A DNA stretch of 64,000 nucleotides from Lingula anatina. Lineage: Eukaryota > Animalia > Brachiopoda. This document shows positions 9,949 to 20,500 of this stretch, piece by piece. The stretch covers positions 23,752,401 to 23,816,400 of the forward strand of contig CM120641.1 of assembly GCA_051362555.1 (NCBI GenBank). Reading direction: 5' to 3'. Made by a program: the position numbers and the translations under genes. The notes beneath the pieces are model-generated. The model worked only from the letters and a program-made list of their open reading frames with translations. It did no database searches and was not told the origin of the DNA. Within the stretch, counting starts at the first letter, position 1, and each line of letters starts with the position of its first letter.

Positions 9949-12900
9949 TTGAGCACAGAGCTTCAATACAGTATGTACAGCTGTATATGCCAAAAGAGGA
10001 CTTTCAATGAGTATCTTGCATATGATGTACATGTACAAGGGATAAATAGTATGCAGTAATTTTTCAAGGTACTTCGCTTTTTCTTATGATGCAAAGTGAT
10101 TAAGTTTTGTCCATGGTAAGCCCTAAACTGATATACAACTCATTATTTATTTGTAGAATTTGTTGGATTCACAATGAATGATGCAGAGCAGCCCATGGAA
10201 GAGGGAAAATCAAGCAAGTCAAAGTCTCCTACTGAGATGACAATGGACATCAGTCAAGTTAATATTGAAGATTTGTTGGCCAGAATAAGGCACCACGTTC
10301 TAACAAACAGGCTGAGGGTATGTTTCAGTTTTAATAATACGGTACATTTTGATATTAATTCAATTACTCAGCAACATTTGTACACTTAACTTGAGCAATA
10401 TTTTGATCAGGAATTTAAAATATCCCTTTATAGTCACAGTCATTTTAACAACCACATTGACCTTATACTTCCTTTAGGTTGCTGAATATTTCCAAGACTA
10501 TGATACCCTCAGAAGTGGCAGCATCAGTAAAAGCAGGTTTAGACGTGGCTTAGCACTTCTTGGATTAAGCAAAATTGGCCATCATGACCTGACTGACCCT
10601 CAGTTCACTGTCCTCTGCAAGTACTATGAAAATACACAGAAACCAGATCAAGTGGTCTGGGTCAGGTTCCTGTGGGACCTTGAAAGTGGTGAGTCTTTTG
10701 TGTGAATAGTAAAAATTGATGAACATCGTCTGTCTACCATAATTTTTTCACAGTGGCACAAAGATTGAAAGAATCAAACCTTATTTAATTTAACAGCCCT
10801 TAACTTTTTTTAAATGATAACTTGTGTTTAATCATGTTTACATAAGTTGTGTGCAAATAATTTAGAAATGTTACATTGTATCAGTGTAGATAAGCAATTA
10901 AGACATTAAAAGACATATTTTATCTACTTCTAAATGGCCACTTCAGTGTTCACTCAGCCCAACCTTGAGAAGATGCCCACCTACCGCGTGCCTGCCCAGG
11001 AGATCTTCCGTGTACCCAAGCCTGGCACCATGGACTGGCGGTACGCCTCAGAGGAGCACCAGGCTATCTTTGAGGAGGCCATGGAGAGGCTGAGACAGAG
11101 GGCCAACCAGAGACGAGTGCTGGCTAAACCGGTTTTCCAGGACTTTGACAGGTAGGATTAATTAATGAACAGTTTAAACCTATTAAAAGTGCTAATCAAT
11201 TTACTGTGTTATTAAAAGCTTAATTCTGACATTGAAAATGAATCATTTTTATAAAAGCAAGTGGATTTAATGTTTAGATGCTAAGGTTAAAATTTTTGAT
11301 GAATCTGGTAGATAACTAAAAAAATGCTTACTATGAGCGCATTCTCAACGAATTAAGCCAGGCTTTACAAAGCCGGTGACCTAAAAATGGCGGACGTACA
11401 TGAAAGAAAAACCGCCTAATCTTTTAATAGTCTCTCCGCCTCTCACACGCCTCCCCACACGTCGTCCCTGCGGGGTACAGTAATTAAATCTCGGCTCCGA
11501 ACATTAATATTTCCGTGAATATCTCTGGTGATATTATCTCCGTAGATAGTCGATTCATTGCTGCTCTACGGGCCAAATTATTCCTTTTTCGTCTCTATTT
11601 TCAAAGATAATAGAACAGAAGAGCTTTTTTCCTTCGATCGCCTTCAGCCGCCATGCTTTCTTCACCACGAGTTTAACTGATGAGCATGCGCACTTGATAT
11701 TTCTCAGGTAGCTTCCGCATGGCGAACGGAGCCGAAATTTAATTACTGTACCCCGCAGGGACGACGTGTGGGGAGGCGGAGAGACTATTAAAAGATTAGG
11801 CGGTTTTTCTTTCATGTACGTCCGCCATTTTTAGGTCACCGGCTTTGTAAAGCCTGGCTTAATTCGTTGAGAATGCGCTCTATGACTGAAAATTACATAA
11901 TATCGTTTTTACTCTTTATTTCACAGACACAACAATGGTTATGTAACACAGGGACAGTTCCGCCAGTGCCTCACCATGTTGGAACTACATGCATCAGACC
12001 CAGAGATGGCTGCCATTGAAGCCAAATTCTGCAACGACACTGGCTTCAACTATATTGCTTTCCTTGCTGAGCTCCAACCCCCAGAGAAGCAGCAGCTGCG
12101 GTACCTGGAACGTCTTCAAGACATGAGAGCTACCAATCAGAAGAAAAAACTTCCCGAATTGAACATTTGTACAGATTTTGAAAGTTTGATTGCAAAACTA
12201 AAAACCAAGGTATTCATTTATTTTTTTACTGCAAAAGTAACATTAAGTAAAAAACATAACAATTATTTTTCACTGTGTATAGTGATCAGTAGAATTTTTC
12301 AACTCTGTATATTTATCACTATTCTTTTAGATTTTTTTTTTTTTGAAAAGAAATATAATTGCTTTTTAATTTATGGTGTTTAATCAGCATACTGACTAGT
12401 GTTTATGAATTTTTTAGGTTGTTAGGGAGCGTATTCGTGTGCTTGAATTCATGCGTGATTACGACAAGCTAAGAACAGGTCGCATGCTGAAGACCTCTTT
12501 CAGAAGGGCATTGGATTTGTGTAAATTCGAACTAAAGGAATCAGAAGTTGCCATCTTAGAAGACAAGTAAGTGGTTTTTATCTTTAAAGGTAAACATTTA
12601 GAGTCAAAATCTTGCATTTTATCTTGCAGTATATAATGTTCATTATAATAATTCAATGGTAAAAACATTTATGTGCAATAAAAATCTGCAATAAAACTCA
12701 ATCATCAAATTGATTTTTAACAGTTATTTAATATGCACTGCTGATCTATTTATATTGGGAAATAAAACTTAATCAGAATTTGATAAATATTATAATTCAG
12801 TCTTTATAATCTTCAGATACAAAAGTTTCCAACAGCCAGAGTATGTAGAATACCTTAAATTCTCTGATGAAATGGAGTCAGTTTTTACCACCAAAGAACT

Positions 12901-13413
12901 GGAGAAAGCTCCTATGCTTGATGTTGAACAGTTCAAGCCTCCAGTGGAGTGGGAACAAAACCAGCTCCTACCTGAAGCAGAGGAGATGGCCAAACGCTGC
13001 ATGGACAGATTGGCTGAAAAGGTATATGCATATATATATATATATACATACATATAATTGACCTGAAATTATATTTTGCCACAACTATATTGAAATGTCA
13101 GAACTTGTCAAAATCTCATAATATTGTAAGGCTATAACTTGCCAATGTTTTATTTACTTAGGTACGGAAACACAGAATGCAGCTGTTCCCACTGTTCGAG
13201 GACTATGACAGAGTTCACAATGGCACAGTGTCAAGGTCACAGTTCCGTAGGGTTCTCAGTGAGCTGGATCTCGGTAGTCTTGTGAGCGATCAAGAGTTCA
13301 ACCTTATATATGAGAAGTTTGATGTCAAAGTGGGAGGCAAAGATGATGTGAATTATATAGGTTTCTGTGATATGATCTATGACTTGGCCAAATTTGAGTG
13401 GAGAAAGCCCTAA
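6768..13413 (+). CDS. Multi-EF-hand repeat protein (~928 aa), CFAP115/FAP115-like ciliary microtubule inner protein candidate, 15 coding exons
   Basis: Exons joined in frame at GT-AG sites: 6768-6888, 7089-7290, 7497-7662, 7870-8073, 8307-8574, 8741-8814, 9229-9348, 9548-9713, 10157-10317, 10478-10688, 10947-11151, 11927-12209, 12418-12566, 12817-13021, 13162-13413 (2787 nt incl. TAA). Eight EF-hand-like loops: DFDKLRSGYVT, DFDRHHIGKVT, DHDKLRSGIIT, DFDRGRGYTRVIT, DYDTLRSGSIS, DFDRHNNGYVT, DYDKLRTGRML, DYDRVHNGTVS, each followed by a second degenerate EF-hand (e.g. YDINRNGRLNYRVFCD, FDVKVGGKDDVNYIGFCD). Gene structure is well supported; the CFAP115 assignment is inference. Confidence 0.88.
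9770..9950 (+). repeat. T-rich low-complexity tract ending in a (TTTC)n microsatellite (intronic)
   Basis: TTA/TTTA-rich run followed by about 8-9 TTTC units at ~9915-9950. Confidence 0.85.
11335..11880. mobile_element. MITE (non-autonomous DNA transposon, 546 bp) with long TIRs and 3-bp TSD TAT; possibly PIF/Harbinger-related
   Basis: Left TIR 11335-11499 (GAGCGCATTCTCAACGAATTAAGCC...) is the reverse complement of right TIR 11727-11880 (...GGCTTAATTCGTTGAGAATGCGCTC) apart from one substitution and an 11-bp duplication in the left arm. Flanked by TAT at 11332-11334 and 11881-11883. GC/CpG-rich relative to the host intron; no transposase ORF. Confidence 0.93.
13030..13056 (+). repeat. (TA)n / TACA microsatellite in the last intron
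   Basis: ATATATATATATATATACATACATATA directly after the donor at 13022. Confidence 0.8.
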
Positions 13414-13702
13414 GCCAGCACTGCTGAAAAATTCTACAAAAGTTAACAGACTTAAGATGTTACATTTACCACAACACCATTATGATTTTTATGGTTTTCT
13501 TTCAGTATTGAAAATGTATTGTTATTACTTTTTAAAGACAATGCTCTAGGTGAAAATGACAGTTGTGAACATTGTATTTGAACAGTGGTATAGCAATTTG
13601 AAAAGAAACACCCAAACATATATATAAATGAATAAGTCTGTATATTCAATCTGCATCACAAGTCAAAAGAAAAACAGTTCAAAAGTATGTACATATGTAA
13701 TT

Positions 13703-13708
13703 AATAAA
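13703..13708 (+). terminator. Candidate polyadenylation signal of the EF-hand gene
   Basis: First AATAAA ~290 nt downstream of the stop codon, followed by T-rich sequence. Confidence 0.45.
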
Positions 13709-14551
13709 GAAACTATTTCTTTTTGTAAGCAATTTGCATTTGTTATTATTATGATTGAGGAGAAAAGTTGAATAGTGTTTAAAAAAAGAAAAATTCTGTT
13801 TAGAACAAACCTACTAGTTGCAACAATTTTTATGAAATAATAGGAGACATTAAAATACAATGTATCGGAATCCACATAGGTATTAGCAAGGAATACTTAC
13901 CATAACCTTTTCTCACTTTGATGCCGTTTCAGATTCCCTGAAATAACATGGTTGATTAATAACCAATTACAAACTTTGTCTCATTTTGATAACTTTTAAA
14001 TGTCACTTATTCTTTATATACAGGTCAATTTAACATTTTTATTGCTTTAAAAGTAAGTGAGCAGAAGAATTGTTTGTACAAGTGGAACTTAACTAACATC
14101 AGTCTAGCAAAAATAATAAAAAAACACTACATTTATGTTTCACAAAGAACAAACGGACTAAAATTTTAAACCTTCATTACTGTCGCTCGCATCACCATCT
14201 CACGTTTTCCAATTGATCTTGTTAATTATTACTAATGTTGAAAATATACAATTTGTCATTAAGCGAGTATGATGTCTAACGTCTCAGAAAATGCCCAGAA
14301 TGTTTCTATTAAATAACTCAATTAATAGCTTGTGTCTACATTCGCGGTGTTGCCGGTTTTTAAAAATTGAAAAAACCTTCATTATGTCTTTTGGTGCAGG
14401 TAATCATTTGCAGTTGTTTGATGTTTTTGTAATATCTTAACCATTTATAAAGTCTTCAATTCAGTTACATCCATGATTAGCTAGACAATACGGCGACAGT
14501 GCATACCCCCGTTAGTTCAATGTTTTACACGAAACACGGCAAAATTGCATC

Positions 14552-17500
14552 TGGAGAGAGTTTTTGCTCTATTTCTTCCTTAATAATGATACAACCACTC
14601 TTTCAGTACTTTACCCTCACTACAAATGACCAAACACACCTACCTGACACAATATTGAAGAAAAAAATTTTTCATCCCTACCTGGCCAAAATTGAAGAAA
14701 ACTGCCATATCCGGACCTTACGAAAATCACTCAAAATCACCCAAAAATGACCCGTCACCAATTTTTTCAAAAAGTGAGGAAAATCAATTTACCACACCTA
14801 TCATTCATAAAAAATGTGGAAACGCGCCCGGATCACTTCATTAAAGCCCCCAATTTCACCTTTAAAGATTGCCAGAAAGCACACCTGAGAACAGGATTTG
14901 GAGAGGGGGGGGGGGGGAAGAGAGTTTTTGCTCTATTTCTTCCTTAATAATGATACAACCACTCTTTCAGTACTTTAACCTCACTACAAATGACCAAACA
15001 CACCTACCTGACACAATATTGAAGAAAAAAATTTTTCATCCCTACCTGGCCAAAATTGAAGAAAACTGCCATATCCGGACCTTACGAAAATCACTCAAAA
15101 TCACCCAAAAATGACCCGTCACCAATTTTTCCAAAAAGTGATGAAAATCAATTTACCACACCTATCATTCATAAAAAATGTGGAAACGTGCCCAGATAAC
15201 TTCATTAAAGCCCCCAATTTCAGCTTTAAAGATTGCCAGAAAGCACACCTGAGAACAGGATTTGGAGAGGGGGGGGTGGAGAGAGTTTTTGCTCTATTTC
15301 TTCCTTAATAATGATACAACCACTCTTTCAGTACTTTACCCTCACTACAAATGACCAAACACACCTACCTGACACAATATTGAAGAAAAAAAATTTTCAT
15401 CCCTACCTGGCCAAAATTGAAGAAAACTGCCATATCCGGACCTTACAAAAATCACTCAAAATCACCCAAAAATGACCCGTCACCAATTTTTCCACCACAC
15501 CTATCATTCATAAAAAATGTGGAAACGCACCCGGATCACTTCATTAAAGCCCCCAATTTCAGCTTTAAAGATTGCCAGAAAGCACACCTGAGAACAGGAT
15601 TTGGAGAGTGGGGGGGTGGAGAGAGTTTTTGCTCTATTTCTTCCTTACTAATGATACAACCACTCTTTCAGTACTTTACCCTCACTACAAATGACCAAAC
15701 ACACCTACCTGACACAATATTGAAGAAAAAAATTTTTCATCCCTACCTGGCCAAAATTGAAGAAAACTGCCATATCCGGACCTTACGAAAATCACTCAAA
15801 TTCACCCAAAAATGACCCGTCACCAATTTTTCCAAAAAGTGATGAAAATCAATTTACCACACCTATCATTCATAAAAAATGTGGAAACGCGCCCGGATCA
15901 CTACATTAAAGCCCCCAATTTCAGCTTTAAAGATTGCAAGAAAGCACACCTGAGAACAGGATTTGGAGAGGGGGGGGGTGGAGAGAGTTTTTGCTCTATT
16001 TCTTCCTTAATAATGATACAACCACTCTTTCAGTACTTTACCCTCACTACAAATGACCAAACACACCTACCTGACACAATATTGAAGAAAAAAAAATTTC
16101 ATCCCTACCTGGCCAAAATTGAAGAAAACTGCCATATCCGGACCTTACGAAAATCACTCAAAATCACCCAAAAATGACCCGTCACAAATTTTTCCAAAAA
16201 GTGATGAAAATCAATTTACCACACCTATCATTCATAAAAAATATGGAAACGCGCCCAGATCACTTCATTAAAGCCCCCAATTTCAGCTTTAAAGATTGCC
16301 AGAAAGCACATCTGAGAACAGGATTTGGAGAGTGGGGGGGTGGAGAGAGTTTTTGCTCTATTTCTTCCTTACTAATGATACAACCACTCTTTCAGTACTT
16401 TACCCTCACTACAAATGACCAAACACACCTACCTGACACAATATTGAAGAAAAACATTTTTCATCCCTACCTGGCCAAAATTGAAGAAAACTGCCATATC
16501 CGGACCTTACGAAAATCACTCAAAATCACCCAAAAATGACCCGTCACAAATTTTTCCAAAAAGTTATGAAAATCAATTTACCACACCTATCATTCATAAA
16601 AAATGTGGAAACGCGCCCGGATCACTTCATTAAAGCCCCCAATTTCAGCTTTAAAGATTGCCAGAAAGCACACCTGAGAACAGGATTTGGAGAGGGGGGG
16701 GGGTGGAGAGAGTTTTTGCTCTATTTCTTCCTTAATAAAGATACAACCACTCTTTCAGTACTTTACCCTCACTACAAATGACCAAACACACCTACCTGAC
16801 ACAATATTGAAGAAAAAAAATTTTCATCCCTACCTGGCCAAAATTGAAGAAAACTGCCATATCCGGACCTTACAAAAATCACTCAAAATCACCCAAAAAT
16901 GACCCGTCACCAATTTTTCCAAAAAGTGATGAAAATCAATTTACCACACCTATCATTCATAAAAAATGTGGAAACGCACCCGGATCACTTCATTAAAGCC
17001 CCCAATTTCAGCTTTAAAGATTGCCAGAAAGCACACCTGAGAACAGGATTTGGAGAGTGGGGGGGTGGAGAGAGTTTTTGCTCTATTTCTTCCTTACTAA
17101 TGATACAACCACTCTTTCAGTACTTTACCCTCACTACAAATGACCAAACACACCTACCTGACACAATATTGAAGAAAAAAAATTTTCATCCCTACCTGGC
17201 CAAAATTGAAGAAAACTGCCATATCCGGACCTTACGAAAATCACTCAAATTCAACCAAAAATGACCCGTCACCAATTTTTCCAAAAAGTGATGAAAATCA
17301 ATTTACCACACCTATCATTCATAAAAAATGTGGAAACGCGCCCGGATCACTACATTAAAGCCCCCAATTTCAGCTTTAAAGATTGCCAAAAAGCACACCT
17401 GAGAACAGGATTTGGAGAGGGGGGGGTGGAGAGAGTTTTTGCTCTATTTCTTCCTTAATAATGATACAACCACTCTTTCAGTACTTTACCCTCACTACAA

Positions 17501-20500
17501 ATGACCAAACACACCTACCTGACACAATATTGAAGAAAAAAAATTTTCATCCCTACCTGGCCAAAATTGAAGAAAACTGCCATATCCGGACCTTACGAAA
17601 ATCACTCAAAATCAACCAAAAATGACCCGTCACCAATTTTTCCAAAAAGTGATGAAAATCAATTTACCACACCTATCATTCATAAAAAATGTGGAAACGC
17701 GCCCGGATCACTTCATTAAAGCCCCCAATTTCAGCTTTAAAGATTGCCAGAAAGCACACCTGAGAACAGGATTTGGAGAGTGGGGGGGTGGAGAGAGTTT
17801 TTGCTCTATTTCTTCCTTACTAATGATACAACCACTCTTTCAGTACTTTACCCTCACTACAAATGACCAAACACACCTACCTGACACAATATTGAAGAAA
17901 AAAATTTTTCATCCCTACCTGGCCAAAATTGAAGAAAACTGCCATATCCGGACCTTACGAAAATCACTCAAATTCACCCAAAAATGACCCGTCACCAATT
18001 TTTCCAAAAAGTGATGAAAATCAATTTACCACACCTATCATTCATAAAAAATGTGGAAACGCGCCCGGATCACTACATTAAAGCCCCCAATTTCAGCTTT
18101 AAAGATTGCAAGAAAGCACACCTGAGAACAGGATTTGGAGAGGGGGGGGTGGAGAGAGTTTTTGCTCTATTTCTTCCTTAATAATGATACAACCACTCTT
18201 TCAGTACTTTACCCTCACTACAAATGACCAAACACACCTACCTGACACAATATTGAAGAAAAAAAAATTTCATCCCTACCTGGCCAAAATTGAAGAAAAC
18301 TGCCATATCCGGACCTTACGAAAATCACTCAAAATCACCCAAAAATGACCCGTCACAAATTTTTCCAAAAAGTTATGAAAATCAATTTACCACACCTATC
18401 ATTCATAAAAAATGTGGAAACGCGCCCGGATCACTTCATTAAAGCCCCCAATTTCAGCTTTAAAGATTGCCAGAAAGCACACCTGAGAACAGGATTTGGA
18501 GAGGGGGGGGGGTGGAGAGAGTTTTTGCTCTATTTCTTCCTTAATAAAGATACAACCACTCTTTCAGTACTTTACCCTCACTACAAATGACCAAACACAC
18601 CTACCTGACACAATATTGAAGAAAAAAAATTTTCATCCCTACCTGGCCAAAATTGAAGAAAACTGCCATATCCGGACCTTACAAAAATCACTCAAAATCA
18701 CCCAAAAATGACCCGTCACCAATTTTTCCAAAAAGTGATGAAAATCAATTTACCACACCTATCATTCATAAAAAATGTGGAAACGCACCCGGATCACTTC
18801 ATTAAAGCCCCCAATTTCAGCTTTAAAGATTGCCAGAAAGCACACCTGAGAACAGGATTTGGAGAGTGGGGGGGTGGAGAGAGTTTTTGCTCTATTTCTT
18901 CCTTACTAATGATACAACCACTCTTTCAGTACTTTACCCTCACTACAAATGACCAAACACACCTACCTGACACAATATTGAAGAAAAAAAATTTTCATCC
19001 CTACCTGGCCAAAATTGAAGAAAACTGCCATATCCGGACCTTACGAAAATCACTCAAATTCAACCAAAAATGACCCGTCACCAATTTTTCCAAAAAGTGA
19101 TGAAAATCAATTTACCACACCTATCATTCATAAAAAATGTGGAAACGCGCCCGGATCACTACATTAAAGCCCCCAATTTCAGCTTTAAAGATTGCAAAAA
19201 AGCACACCTGAGAACAGGATTTGGAGAGGGGGGGGGGGTGGAGAGAGTTTTTGCTCTATTTCTTCCTTAATAATGATACAACCACTCTTTCAGTACTTTA
19301 CCCTCACTACAAATGACCAAACACACCTACCTGACACAATATTGAAGAAAAAAATTTTCATCCCTACCTGGCCAAAATTGAAGAAAACTGCCATATCCGG
19401 ACCTTACGAAAATCACTCAAAATCAACCAAAAATGACCCGTCACCAATTTTTCCAAAAAGTGATGAAAATCAATTTACCACACCTATCATTCATAAAAAA
19501 TGTGGAAACGCGCCCGGATCACTTCATTAAAGCCCCCAATTTCAGCTTTAAAGATTGCCAGAAAGCACACCTGAGAACAGGATTTGGAGAGTGGGGGGGT
19601 GGAGAGAGTTTTTGCTCTATTTCTTCCTTACTAATGATACAACCACTCTTTCAGTACTTTACCCTCACTACAAATGACCAAACACACCTACCTGACACAA
19701 TATTGAAGAAAAAAATTTTTCATCCCTACCTGGCCAAAATTGAAGAAAACTGCCATATCCGGACCTTACGAAAATCACTCAAATTCACCCAAAAATGACC
19801 CGTCACCAATTTTTCCAAAAAGTGATGAAAATCAATTTACCACACCTATCATTCATAAAAAATGTGGAAACGCGCCCGGATCACTACATTAAAGCCCCCA
19901 ATTTCAGCTTTAAAGATTGCAAGAAAGCACACCTGAGAACAGGATTTGGAGAGGGGGGGGTGGAGAGAGTTTTTGCTCTATTTCTTCCTTAATAATGATA
20001 CAACCACTCTTTCAGTACTTTACCCTCACTACAAATGACCAAACACACCTACCTGACACAATATTGAAGAAAAAAATATTTCATCCCTACCTGGCCAAAA
20101 TTGAAGAAAACTGCCATATCTGGACCTTACGAAAATCACTCAAAATCACCCAAAAATGACCCGTCACAAATTTTTCCAAAAAGTGATGAAAATCAATTTA
20201 CCACACCTATCATTCATAAAAAATGTGGAAACGCGCCCAGATCACTTCATTAAAGCCCCCAATTTCAGCTTTAAAGATTGCCAGAAAGCACACCTGAGAA
20301 CAGGATTTGGAGAGTGGGGGGGTGGAGAGAGTTTTTGCTCTATTTCTTCCTTACTAATGATACAACCACTCTTTCAGTACTTTACCCTCACTACAAATGA
20401 CCAAACACACCTACCTGACACAATATTGAAGAAAAACATTTTTCATCCCTACCTGGCCAAAATTGAAGAAAACTGCCATATCCGGACCTTACGAAAATCA

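Noticed and set aside
9714-9952. Phe/Ile/Tyr-rich transmembrane-like tail of ORF 9488-9952
   Set aside because: Read-through into a T-rich intron and (TTTC)n microsatellite; the true exon is 9548-9713.
11555-11815. 86-aa ORF inside the MITE as a transposase fragment
   Set aside because: It begins within the TIR, is short and shows no DDE or DNA-binding motif.
13893-13901. ATACTTACC as the 5' end of a U1 snRNA gene
   Set aside because: The downstream sequence does not continue as U1; it is the reverse complement of a consensus splice donor.
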